From an uncultured delta proteobacterium (GTDB lineage Bacteria; Desulfobacterota; Desulfomonilia; Desulfomonilales; Desulfomonilaceae), in NCBI GenBank assembly GCA_963789265.1, contig CAWBKB010000007.1, forward strand, positions 128,001-192,000: 64,000 bases of DNA, written 5' to 3'. Every line of letters begins with the position of its first letter. Within the stretch, counting starts at the first letter, position 1. The notes beneath the pieces were generated by a model. The model saw only the letters and a list, made by a program, of their open reading frames with translations, was not told the DNA's origin and did no database searches. Below are positions 1-9,800 of this stretch, in pieces. Both the position numbers and the translations under genes were made by a program.

Positions 1-83
1 GAGCATGAGAGGAGGGGCTTCTGCGAATCTGGTCGCCAGCCTCTGCCTGCTCGGTGCTAGCTTAGCGCCGCGTTCGGCGGGAC

Positions 84-169
84 TCCCCCCTTTCTTAAAG
101 GGGGGTTAGGGGTGATTTTGCTTTAACCTCTTGAAAATCCCCCTAAATCCCCCTTTAGAAAAGGGGGAC
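84..169. repeat. Palindromic intergenic repeat (CCCCCCTTT..AAAGGGGG / AAATCCCCCTAAATCCCCCTTT family)
   Basis: G/C-run hairpins; near-identical sequence recurs at ~13100-13190 and ~52575-52665, with a partial copy near 34645. Confidence 0.8.
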
Positions 170-299
170 GTTGAGGCCTCTCATCGCTCTAATGAAATTG
201 CCCATAAGTCAACGCTTGTAGGGTTCTTCTGCATTACACCTAACCGCGGGTGCATACACGCTGCAAACCGCCCCAGAAAACACCAAGGAGTCAATTGAT

Positions 300-1517
300 A
301 TGGCCGGAAACGTTTCTGATTTCATGAAGCTCTGGACCCAAAGCGACCAGGCTTCAGAGCGCCTGCTCCAAAAGTTCTTGCTCGTGGGACTGGACAAAGT
401 CGTTCAAGGCCAGAGCGATGTCCTCGCCAAGATCCCCGTGGGTCAGCCCGCAACGGGGCCGGTGGTACGATGGCTGGAAGAATGGGGATATCCATCGCAA
501 GTTACTGCAACCCTTGCCGGAAATATTTTGACATTTTCGGGCTATCTGTTCGGCCGTCCGGTAGATGCAGATTCCATAAAGAAAGTGATCCGAACCGGAA
601 CCATCCTGGAACGCCCGACTGACGGAGTTCAGGCAAAAGTCTCGTCTGTAGACGGTTTAACCGCCACGGTCGCGGCCTACGGCAACACCACTTTGAGCAA
701 CGATTCCGGATCGGTCGGCTGGGACATCATTTCTGAAGTGTGGTCCGACTACCGTGACGCCACTGACCCGCGATCTCTGGACAGGATCTTCCGAGAGGTC
801 GGAACTCAGATCCATGCGGAGACCTTCGAGATTCCCAAGACCCGCAAAAACACCAAGTACGAGATCGTGGCCGATGAGACCCAGCATCAGATAACCGCGC
901 TCTTGGACAAGCTCAGACGACAGCTCGCCTTCGCGGTGCTCCGCTCCAGGCCGTACTATGACGGTTCGGACTACGTGTACGGGAACAAAACGGAAGAGCC
1001 CACCATGTGCGGCCTTTGCACGTGGCCTGTGATCACGCAGAGCGAACTCTCCAATCCGAACGTGTACGTCAACAAGAACTCGGTTGCTCTGACAAAAACG
1101 GATCTGGACAATCTCGCCAGACACCTGTGGCTGGACGAACAGGCCGATTACAACAAAGGGGACTGGCACATAGTTTGCCACCCGCTCACGCACCAGTATA
1201 TCCACGATTTTGACATCTCGTACCGCAGAATGGAAAAGGACGAAAAAGGCGTCGGATTCTACGTGGATCATTTTGACTCCAAAATCGGCAAGAGTTTTCC
1301 GATTCTTCCTGACAGGTACATGCGGCCCGATGTGCTGATGATCGTCAACTTCGGTGCCACGAAATACGGCTATTTTGCCAACGACAGACTCGATCGCAAG
1401 GAGATCCCCACTCAGGGAAGATATCAGCGCTGGCTGATCTCCTTCCAGACTTACGGGGTGGTGGTTCGCGGGCCAAGATCCAACATCGGCATGATCTTCG
1501 GCCTGCCCACGAGTTGA
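300..1517 (+). CDS. Phage major capsid protein, SU10/DUF5309-like, with an insertion domain
   Basis: 405 aa, AGGAG RBS; motifs VVRWLEE, TQIHAETFEI, LDKLRRQLAFAVL and TMCGL resemble HK97-fold SU10-type MCPs; first gene of the structural cluster. Confidence 0.8.
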   Translation: MAGNVSDFMKLWTQSDQASERLLQKFLLVGLDKVVQGQSDVLAKIPVGQPATGPVVRWLEEWGYPSQVTATLAGNILTFSGYLFGRPVDADSIKKVIRTGTILERPTDGVQAKVSSVDGLTATVAAYGNTTLSNDSGSVGWDIISEVWSDYRDATDPRSLDRIFREVGTQIHAETFEIPKTRKNTKYEIVADETQHQITALLDKLRRQLAFAVLRSRPYYDGSDYVYGNKTEEPTMCGLCTWPVITQSELSNPNVYVNKNSVALTKTDLDNLARHLWLDEQADYNKGDWHIVCHPLTHQYIHDFDISYRRMEKDEKGVGFYVDHFDSKIGKSFPILPDRYMRPDVLMIVNFGATKYGYFANDRLDRKEIPTQGRYQRWLISFQTYGVVVRGPRSNIGMIFGLPTS

Positions 1518-1588
1518 TTCATGAATTTCATTTGATTGGCCGTGGAACTTGCTTACAGAGGCGAGCAACCGGCATCCCGCGTCTCGCG

Positions 1589-1770
1589 CATAGGCGTTAA
1601 GTTAAGCAGCAATTTTGTAGGATGTGCTGAGCGAAGCGAAGCGCATCGATTGTGTAAGACGGAGCGCTGACGCGGCCGATGCGCTTCCCCTGCTTTGGCA
1701 GGGTTCAGCACATCCTACATGTTGAACAGCAGTTTTTATTACGCGGCGCACTTAACTTAACGCGAATGCA
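1589..1770. mobile_element. MITE-like element (family A) enclosing a GTAG REP doublet
   Basis: Ends CATAGGCGTTAAGTTAAG...CTTAACTTAACGCGAATGCA, flanked by direct repeat CGTCTCGCG (1580-1588, 1771-1779); inner GTAGGATGTGCTGA...TCAGCACATCCTAC at 1617-1718. Confidence 0.7.
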
Positions 1771-1823
1771 CGTCTCGCGAGACCGGTCCTACTGGGTGCC
1801 AGCGTACGCGGGCATGACGATAT

Positions 1824-1852
1824 GTAGGGACGGGTTTGAAACCCGCCCCTAC
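1824..1852. repeat. GTAG-type REP hairpin
   Basis: GTAGGGACGGGTTTGAAACCCGCCCCTAC palindrome. Confidence 0.65.
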
Positions 1853-2035
1853 CGAACTTGCTCCCAGATGAATCGGTATCAGCCGTTCCAGAGTGACGAC
1901 AAAACCAATTTATTTCCCAATCAGCTCCCGGAGAAAAGCTTTTCTCCAAGGCCCGGCGCTTATTACTGAACTTTAATTGCAAGGGGACCTACCGCGGCTG
2001 GGCCGGGTCCCCACCTTCGAACCGAAAGAGGATAA

Positions 2036-2359
2036 ATGATGAAACCTGTTCCAAGGGATGATAACGGCCATCCGCTCCTGGACCGAGGCACGGAACTCTT
2101 CACGACTCGAATTGTAGGGCAAGACACCACAATGTCGCCGTTGGCATTGCCTACTGATTGCAAGGAGGTGCTCTTGCACGTGGAATCAGGGACCGAGATC
2201 CTGCTCGTGAGCGGCACCATAGAGGGCTCCACTGCCGCCAGGCTTACGGATTCCGGTTTCAGTTGGGCGGTTCCCATCACAGCGGCGAGTGGCAGCACTA
2301 TTGCCTATCTGGCTGCCGCGACGGGCACGTGCAACATAAGCATCTTTGCTTGGAGGTGA
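2036..2359 (+). CDS. Small beta-rich putative virion (decoration/fibre) protein
   Basis: 107 aa, AGAGG RBS, lies between MCP and fibre gene, coupled to next ORF. Confidence 0.6.
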   Translation: MMKPVPRDDNGHPLLDRGTELFTTRIVGQDTTMSPLALPTDCKEVLLHVESGTEILLVSGTIEGSTAARLTDSGFSWAVPITAASGSTIAYLAAATGTCNISIFAWR

Positions 2360-2362
2360 AAT

Positions 2363-3658
2363 GTGGGCAACATGGTTATCGTTGCCGGCCGAGGTGGGCA
2401 AAGCGCCCCTACGGGTATTGAGCGAATTACCGTGCCGTCAGGTCGCTTGACCGTCCCTCCTGCTTACATGCAGACTTCCGGCGATGCTGCTGTTCAGTCG
2501 AGCGTGGCAACCGGCGGTATGGCCTTTTTCGGCTGGACTCAAGAAGCGGATTTTGCTCTCTCTTCGTTCAGCGTTTATCTAAACACCGTGACAACGCCGG
2601 GGATCTTTTCGTGGAACCTCTCTGAGGCAGATTCGAACGGTGATCCAATAGTTGGAGACGACGATCCTTACGGTGAAATTACCAGCGGGTCAAGCGCCGG
2701 AGTTTGGTTACGGACGACATTTGTGCCGGTACAGCTACAGCGTGGGAAAAGATACTGTCTTGTTTTCGGCGTGTCAGGATCATGCAACGTTTCTTATTCT
2801 GCTCGCAGGCAAAATCCGGCCATAGGCTCAGGGCATCCCCCGGGCTGTTGGAGCAAAACGAGCACGGACGGGGGAACGACCTGGTCCGATCTTCAGCAGG
2901 ACTCGCGGCCGGCTCTCTTGAATTTAGTGCTCAATTCCACTGCCCATCACTCCCCACAACTTTACTTCGGTCAATATTCCGGCGAGTCCGTGTACCTGCC
3001 GGGAGCGGGCCTACGAACGATTCCTCCGGTAGGAATCCCTTTTGATTGCGAAAGCTTGACTCCAGATACGCTTTACAATGTGTATTTGTGGGACAATACC
3101 GGCACGTTGACACTGGAAGCAGCGACTACGGGTCGCACAATGAGTGAAGGTATCGAGATCAAATCTGCATCACCGGGAGGGCTTTATCTGGGGCTCATCT
3201 ATCCCATCGAGAGACAGTCCGGCTTTCAGGCCCCAATCAAAGTCCCCGATTGGATGGGAGTGTATAACGCCTACAGCCGGCGCACGACCTTCGTGGGCAA
3301 GCCCAATCCCTACTCAGCAACGACGGAGGGTTCAGGATCAGACACCAATTGGGTCGCTATCAGCGATTTCGCGGCCAAGTTTGTGACAGGGGAGCAGTGC
3401 CGGTTGGCGTCGGACTTCGGCCTCGCGTCAGTGAACTCCACAAGACTTACCATCTTGCTGGACGGAGTCGCCCTGCCCCTTGTTCCCATAGTATGGACCA
3501 CTCGCACATCGGATCTTGTCTCTGTTCACGCCGAATTCGTGCTGTCCGAAGGTTGTCACACGGTGTGCCCTGCCGCGTCCGGATGGCCTGCCTTCGATTA
3601 TTCCCTGTACGATCCTATATACGGAAGCAGTTCATTGACAGGGGAGATCATGGCGTAA
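2363..3658 (+). CDS. Putative head/tail fibre or receptor-binding protein
   Basis: 431 aa, G/S/T-rich beta-type sequence; TLYNVYLWDNTGTLTLE...YLG...VYNAYSR segment resembles phage fibre domains; GGAGG RBS. Confidence 0.65.
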   Translation: MGNMVIVAGRGGQSAPTGIERITVPSGRLTVPPAYMQTSGDAAVQSSVATGGMAFFGWTQEADFALSSFSVYLNTVTTPGIFSWNLSEADSNGDPIVGDDDPYGEITSGSSAGVWLRTTFVPVQLQRGKRYCLVFGVSGSCNVSYSARRQNPAIGSGHPPGCWSKTSTDGGTTWSDLQQDSRPALLNLVLNSTAHHSPQLYFGQYSGESVYLPGAGLRTIPPVGIPFDCESLTPDTLYNVYLWDNTGTLTLEAATTGRTMSEGIEIKSASPGGLYLGLIYPIERQSGFQAPIKVPDWMGVYNAYSRRTTFVGKPNPYSATTEGSGSDTNWVAISDFAAKFVTGEQCRLASDFGLASVNSTRLTILLDGVALPLVPIVWTTRTSDLVSVHAEFVLSEGCHTVCPAASGWPAFDYSLYDPIYGSSSLTGEIMA

Positions 3659-3762
3659 AGCGCATCGGCGGTGCTCGAACAGCAAAAGTTGGGCAAAAGA
3701 CGGCACTTTCCTTGGCCTCTGCGACTTCCACGGTGAATGATTTTCGTCCGAGAGGATTGTAA

Positions 3763-4116
3763 ATGTCCCCCAACATGTCCGATCGCGAATTGCTTGAACA
3801 TCTCAGGCTTGACGTGGCCGTCATCAAAGAGAAGCTCCCTCTTCTCGAAAAAATCAGCAATTGCCTGAGCAACCTGAAGAGCAACTGCCGGACCCGCCAC
3901 GAGGATTTGGAGAAGGCACGCCATCGGCGGCACGAAAGACACGAAGTACGATTCTCCGAGCTGGAAACAGCACAAAGAATGGCCCACACCTTTTACGAAG
4001 CTCACGCCTCGTGGACAAATAGGCATAGAGCACTCTTCTGGTCCTCCGTAGTCGCGGTCGCTACCTCGGCGCAGGTGCTGGCGACAGTTATCTTGCACTT
4101 CTTGTCGGTACATTGA
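3763..4116 (+). CDS. Coiled-coil protein with C-terminal TM helix (holin/XhlA-like)
   Basis: 117 aa, GAGG RBS, hydrophobic C-terminus, precedes lysis genes. Confidence 0.55.
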   Translation: MSPNMSDRELLEHLRLDVAVIKEKLPLLEKISNCLSNLKSNCRTRHEDLEKARHRRHERHEVRFSELETAQRMAHTFYEAHASWTNRHRALFWSSVVAVATSAQVLATVILHFLSVH

Positions 4117-4135
4117 GCCACGGAATCAGAACTAA

Positions 4136-4313
4136 CCGCAGAGAACGCTGAGACCGCAGAGTAAAACAAAACTTGTTCAACGTCATGCGCGTCATCAATG
4201 CGAGTAGCAGGGCCGCATTTGCCTGCATTGTCACAGACCGGAATGGGCCGTGCTCCATCAGTTAGACGGGCACGGGAAAATAGACTTCTCCGCGGTCTCT
4301 GCGATCTTCGCGG
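4136..4313. repeat. Host palindromic repeat (ACCGCAGAG..GCAGAG family)
   Basis: Inverted ends CCGCAGAGAACGCTGAGACCGCAGAG / CTCCGCGGTCTCTGCGATCTTCGCGG; relatives at ~14322, ~28826 and 32981-33177. Confidence 0.7.
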
Positions 4314-4472
4314 CGCATCCTCAATGCCCGGTGAACGTCTGCACTAAGTGAGTCAGAACAGCGCCGGGGAACTTCACCATAATAGACCGAAATCTCCTTT
4401 GGCAACGGGAACTTGATCCAGCAACTTGGCTTGGACTTGACCAGGCTAGAATTCGCTTAGTTGGGAGGCGCC

Positions 4473-4772
4473 ATGTTGAGAGAAATCAAACAGTGGATTA
4501 TCGCATCGACCGCCGGGGTTCTCGGAATCGCCGCATTGCTTTTCGTGAGCCCATGGGTACTCCCGGACGATCCGGCCGCTCTCTTGCGCTACGTCATCAT
4601 CCGGGTGATTGCGGTATTGATTGGCATGATTGCCCTGACAGGAGGAATGCTCTTCGTGGATTTCATAACCCCTGACGATTGGATGGATGGAATTGGGAAA
4701 GACCATACAGCTTCAGCTATTCTCATGTCTGCTGTCGTGCTTGTTATTGGCGCAATTCTTTGCTGGACCTGA
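4473..4772 (+). CDS. 3-TM membrane protein, DUF350-like (holin candidate)
   Basis: 99 aa from ATG after GGAGG; three hydrophobic segments; TPDDWMDGIGKDHTASAILMSAVVL resembles DUF350. Confidence 0.6.
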   Translation: MLREIKQWIIASTAGVLGIAALLFVSPWVLPDDPAALLRYVIIRVIAVLIGMIALTGGMLFVDFITPDDWMDGIGKDHTASAILMSAVVLVIGAILCWT

Positions 4773-5211
4773 CGCCTGGGCTCTCACTCCGGCTTACCGG
4801 AGCTCCCTGAAGCGGCAGTTAACATTCATCGTAGCAAAACATCCGAAATATTCCTGGGGCGGGAGTGACAGCCTCGATCTGGGATTGGACTGCTCAGGCT
4901 ACATTTTCCTAGCTTCCAAATGGGCGGGAATTCCCGGGATCACTCGCACCACTGCATTGCGCATGTCGTTGGGATTGGGTGGGTGGCAGGGCAAGGACAT
5001 CGACCGCTCCCAGGCTGATGAATGTGACCTCTCATTTTGGACGTTCAAAGAAGAGAGGCTAAACGGCCACGTTGGAGCCTTCCTTTGCGGGCCTGACAAT
5101 GCAATGCAGGTCACTCACGCCAGCCTGAGAAGAGGTATCGTGCTCGATCGGCTAGATGGGCTGCTCCTGCAAAAACTAACCAAGGTTCGAAGACTAACCA
5201 TAGGAGACTGA
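4687..5211 (+). CDS. NlpC/P60 cell-wall peptidase with signal peptide (endolysin candidate)
   Basis: YSWGG...GLDCSG, GHVG and THAS give the Cys-His-His catalytic signature; N-terminal hydrophobic signal ending DAWA. Confidence 0.85.
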   Translation: MELGKTIQLQLFSCLLSCLLLAQFFAGPDAWALTPAYRSSLKRQLTFIVAKHPKYSWGGSDSLDLGLDCSGYIFLASKWAGIPGITRTTALRMSLGLGGWQGKDIDRSQADECDLSFWTFKEERLNGHVGAFLCGPDNAMQVTHASLRRGIVLDRLDGLLLQKLTKVRRLTIGD

Positions 5212-5213
5212 AA

Positions 5214-5411
5214 ATGGATTCAACAAAGGTATGGTGGACTTCAAAAACAATATGGACGAATGTCATTGCCTTGATAGGGTCAGTTGTTATCGCTGTAGGC
5301 TTTGATCCCGGACGTTGGGCTGAGATTTCGACTGTTTCACTATCTGTGGTGAACCTGATTCTCAGGCTTTACACAAAGGAGCCCATTTCTCTCGATTCGG
5401 GAGGGAATTGA
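5214..5411 (+). CDS. Small 2-TM holin-like protein
   Basis: 65 aa, KVWWTSKTIWTN...NLILRLYTKEP pattern typical of phage holin-like proteins. Confidence 0.7.
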   Translation: MDSTKVWWTSKTIWTNVIALIGSVVIAVGFDPGRWAEISTVSLSVVNLILRLYTKEPISLDSGGN

Positions 5412-5878
5412 TGGCTCAACACAAAAGGAGACAGAAAGCTTTGCCCCCAGGAAGCGCGGAATCTGTCACTGCTGACACGGTTCATCAGCCTCGTGCGGAC
5501 TGGGGACAGATCAAGAATTTTACACCTCGCGACTTCACGTGCAAATGTGAAGGTCTCTGTGGACATCCGGATGTAATTTCACCGGATCTGGTGGCAAAAC
5601 TCGACAAGGTCCAAGATCTCGTCGGCCTGCCTGTCACTATTCGGTTCGGGACTCGGTGCGAAAAATTCAATCGGAAATCCGGCGGCAGAGAGCGCTCGTC
5701 CCACACGGTCAAGGATGGAGTCAGTCACGCTGCCGATATTCACTGCCCGGATGCGAGCTTTAGGTTTGCGTTCCTCACTGCTGCGCTCCCAATTTTCAAT
5801 AGGATAGGCATAGGTAAAGACTTCGTTCATGTTGATGATGATCCTGAATTGCCGCAAAACGCCGTGTGGATTCGGTGA
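5411..5878 (+). CDS. Peptidase M15A (Zn D-Ala-D-Ala-type) endolysin
   Basis: NFTPRDFTCKC, GTRC..FN, SSH...AADI and FVHVD motifs; TGATG overlap with holin. Confidence 0.85.
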   Translation: MAQHKRRQKALPPGSAESVTADTVHQPRADWGQIKNFTPRDFTCKCEGLCGHPDVISPDLVAKLDKVQDLVGLPVTIRFGTRCEKFNRKSGGRERSSHTVKDGVSHAADIHCPDASFRFAFLTAALPIFNRIGIGKDFVHVDDDPELPQNAVWIR

Positions 5879-5893
5879 GCAAAGGGAGGAATC

Positions 5894-6568
5894 ATGGCTA
5901 CCGCGCAGGATGATACGCAGGCTTCCACTTGTGAGGGTAGAGTTGGGACCATCATTGACACTGCTCGGGATCTTTTCAACGAGGCGGCAGGAGCATTCCT
6001 CACTCAGGCATTCATTTTGCGCTGTATCAATCTATGCCAGCAGGATATTGCCAAGGATGAATACTGGCGCCGCGAATCCTGGGTTCCCAGCCTCTCCGGC
6101 ATAAACGAGATGGATCTTCTCAACGTTATCCCACAATATCAACGTTTGCACCAACTTCGTTTCTGCTCAGGCAGAGACCCGATGATCCCTCTAGGGAGCT
6201 TTCAAGAATACGAGGAGCTGAAAACCGCCTCCAACGCACCCGGGCTTCCGGAATATTACGTGGTGCAAAACAGCACGGTGTTCGTATGGCCGCCGCCTGA
6301 CCAGAACCTACAATCCGGCTTCTGCGTCTACCATTCTTATCTGCCTGATGATTTAACGTGTTCGGCGGTCAATCCGAACCCTCCCGTGCCAAAAGCCCAC
6401 GACATGATGTTCGTGTACTTCGTGTTGAAACACGCCTTCTTGAGGGACCGTCACGCTCCTGGAGCGGATATCAAGTTTCAGGAGTACTCTGCCTTGTACG
6501 AGCGAGAGAAACAAAAGCTGCTCGCCGCAGGGGATGCCCCGGGCATTTCTCTAAGGTCCTACAGGTAG
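5894..6568 (+). CDS. Phage head-tail adaptor protein
   Basis: 224 aa; GLPEYYVV...VFVWPPPD and PVPKAHDMMFVYF motifs typical of podoviral adaptors; directly upstream of nozzle. Confidence 0.75.
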   Translation: MATAQDDTQASTCEGRVGTIIDTARDLFNEAAGAFLTQAFILRCINLCQQDIAKDEYWRRESWVPSLSGINEMDLLNVIPQYQRLHQLRFCSGRDPMIPLGSFQEYEELKTASNAPGLPEYYVVQNSTVFVWPPPDQNLQSGFCVYHSYLPDDLTCSAVNPNPPVPKAHDMMFVYFVLKHAFLRDRHAPGADIKFQEYSALYEREKQKLLAAGDAPGISLRSYR

Positions 6569-6634
6569 CTCTAGGAAGGCTCGCCTGCCGGGCGGAAGCC
6601 CTTTGGAGTATCCATTCGCTTAAGTGCGGCAAGC

Positions 6635-6721
6635 TGTCATTGCGAGGAGCGAAGTGACGAAGCAATCTCTCTTTTAATCCAGTAAATCCAACGAGATTGC
6701 TTCGCTGCGCTCGCAATGACA
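6635..6721. repeat. Host palindromic repeat (TGTCATTGCGAG...CTCGCAATGACA family)
   Basis: Inverted ends with internal GAAGCAATCT/AGATTGCTTC; related copy at ~49365-49510. Confidence 0.8.
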
Positions 6722-6813
6722 AACAAGCCCCCTAGTTCTTCCCCCGCGAGAGTGAATGGTTGCCTTTGGAGCCCCTCGGGGGGACCGGCCTTTCACGGTT
6801 TCAAGAAAGGGAT

Positions 6814-9800
6814 ATGACGTTGACACAGGATTCATACCGCACGACTAATCTCTTCGACTGGACTGGTGGGATAGTTGGCCGAAGACACAACCCACTCCAT
6901 TTTCCAACAAACGCTCTTGCAGCCGGTGAAAATGTAGATCTTACGGACGGCTCTCTTCGCACCCGGCCAGGTTCGTCTCTCATGTCCGATGATTCTCTTC
7001 CCTCCGGCGAAGTCATAGCGCTTACACAGGCGCGGTTTCCGACGCAGGAAGTCAGCTATCTTGTGGCGCAGGTGGGTAAGTACGCTCCCGAATCGACCGG
7101 CTATCAGATTCTTGTCTCCGGGCCGCCTCCAAGAATCGGGCACTCAGCAGTGTGGGATACCCCGAGACATCGTATCCTCGTGTTCGGCGGGTACACGGAC
7201 GTTGATCTGTTGAATGACCTCTGGGCATTCTACTCCGCCACGGAAACATGGGAGCAGCTCAACCCTACGGGAGGTCCGCCGAGTGCCCGTGCGTTTCACA
7301 CTGCTGTTTTCGATGTTGTCACAAACCGTATGGTTGTCTTCGGTGGAACCGCTTCGGATGGCTGTCAAAACGAGGTTCTGGCTTCTCGATTGTGCGACGC
7401 TCACATGGAGTCAACAAACCTGCTCCGGCACAATTCCCGCTGCTCGATACTGGCACCAGGCGATTTATCGAAGCTCAAACCGGTCGATGCTCGTGTCCGG
7501 CGGCATGAATGATGACCTGACCCCCGCGGAACACTATTCTGCCTTTAATTACTATAGCCTGGACCTGACTTCGTTTGTTTGGGCACAGATAACGACTTCC
7601 GGTTATGACGGTCTTGCAGACCCGGCATTACAAAACCGCTATCGCCATTGCATGGCCTGCGACGAGGATACAGGGGCAATCTATCTCCTGGGCGGTGAAG
7701 TCAACTACGGCCAAGGTTTTGTGGTGGATTGCTGGGAGCTTGCCGGGAGCGTCTGGACTGAGAAAGCCGCGCCCCCTGAAGCAGTTCAGGACAGCAAGGC
7801 AATTGTTTATAGCGGGCAGTTGATTGTGAGCCTGGAGGACGGGAATTTTCTCTTTTTCGACGGCAGTCAGTGGACAACCGAGACACCGCCAAATACGAGA
7901 TCGTTCTTCTATCACACATTCACCCTGACGAATGATAATGAGCTTTACGTATGTTCCAGCGACAATGATTCTCTGGTCGATGCTCAATTTTTCGTGTGGT
8001 CGGTTAACGGGATTATCGTAGGCGGAGGTACCGGCACGGGTCCCGGAACCATCGAAAACTATAGCCTCTACGCCTGTCCGGATCATCTCCCGACATCCAC
8101 CGGGGTGTTTACAAAAATCTTTGACTTCGGTGGAGTCTGTGGCGTGTGCAAATTCGCAGTGCTCAATGATCGGATCATAATCACCGAGGGTCTTGCAAAG
8201 CCCCCGCTCGTGTGGGGCGGCTGCATGGCAGACGACGCATCTGATTGGATGCACCCCAAAGCAGTGCTTGTTTCTCAGGATGGGCAGACCTTCTACGATG
8301 TGTCGAACTGGGTATGCAATGCAGATCCGGACACGGTTGCTCAGGTGGGAGGAATCCGGCCGTGGGGGTACATGGCATTTTGTACGGATATGCCTATTGT
8401 TGAGGGTTTCTATTTCGATGTTGAGAGCCCGAACGAGGGCGTGAGCGGAGTAACGTCAAACACTTTCGAGGCCCCCCCGGCCGCGATTACTAGCGCAGAT
8501 GATATTACCCGCCAGGATCTTCGGAACGGAATTATCACGAACTGGGTGCAGTCTTCCGGAGCGTCCGGTCATTTCGCCCAGGTTGTCGCACTCGATGAGG
8601 GCCAACCCACCGTTGATGAGGGAAGCGGGAAAACAGGTCTCCCATGCACCGGACAGCCGTTCTCGACAGGTGACAGCATCGTCATCGCAGGTACCACGAA
8701 TTACAATGGAACCTACACGGTGGATGCTTCGAGCACGGCCGACGTGATCGTCATCGTTCATGCGTACACCCTGGAGACAATCGGATCGGGCGCAACCGCG
8801 ACGAGATCCGCAAACATCAGTTTAGGGACCGGAAATCAGTGTCCGGACGTGATACCCGGAACTCTTGTTGAAGTCGGCGGAAATGAGCTGATGGTTACAG
8901 CCGTTACCGGTGACGGCACAGGGGCCGCTGGGGTGGCCCTTTCGGCGGCCCAGGCATCGGCTGCCGTCACTGCAATTTACGGGATACAGGTCACGGCGAA
9001 CGGCGCCACCATCAATAGTGAGTACCAGAATACCTCGAGTACAATCAATAATTCCGTTTCAGGTTCGACTCCACTGGCCGGGTACTCGATCCGAATGGTC
9101 ATCCCGGGCTCGAGCATAACGCAAGTCGCGGATCATATTCAGATCACGTTGAAGAACGCGGCCAGCATGCCGCCATTGCCGCCGATTGCGCCGGGACACT
9201 CAAGCGTTGGGTGGTGGGCTCAGTGGGCGATCAACTGGAAAGCTGTTTCAATAGTTCCCCGCAGTGGTTCAACTGCCGATGGAACAACCACACCGACACC
9301 GGTAACATTCAATAATGGAAAGCCTGCTTCAAGCCTGGGCTCATCAACTTCAGGTAATATTTACGTTCCGCAATACAGCAAGACATGGCAGAGCGACAAA
9401 ATTCAGTTCAGTGTCACGCCAGGCGAGGATCTTCTTTTAATTCTCGATCTTGGCTGGTCGTACAATCCCGTGTGGGATGGCCGTCAGTTCAGATCGGGTG
9501 AATTGCCAAGCTGCGCGGGCACCTCGTACATCAAGGATTACGGTTGGGGAAATGCGGGCGCCTCGGCCGATCAGCAAACGGTCACTGATTTTACCGAAGT
9601 ACCTTTCGTTTACGGGCTGTCACAATTCCTCGGTACGGACATACTGGCCATTTCCCCGAGGGATAATGTCGCGGTCACGACCAATTTGCTCGAGTATAAC
9701 ACGAACCAGTACGAAGCAATCGACAGTGTAACCGTGCAGGAAACCAAGCCGGGAACATCCACGATATTTCATGCAGTGAGCTTCGACGGCCGGAATACCT

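Noticed and set aside
657..1568. Long antisense ORFs (also 12217-12966, 33343-34158, 44907-45788, 50049-50831)
   Set aside because: Shadows of well-supported genes on the opposite strand; no motifs
2363..3658. Diversity-generating retroelement target
   Set aside because: No reverse transcriptase or TR/VR repeat pair in the window
6571..6735. Third MITE shell with CTAG duplication around the 6635 repeat
   Set aside because: IR match is short and imperfect, and no second copy in the window confirms it
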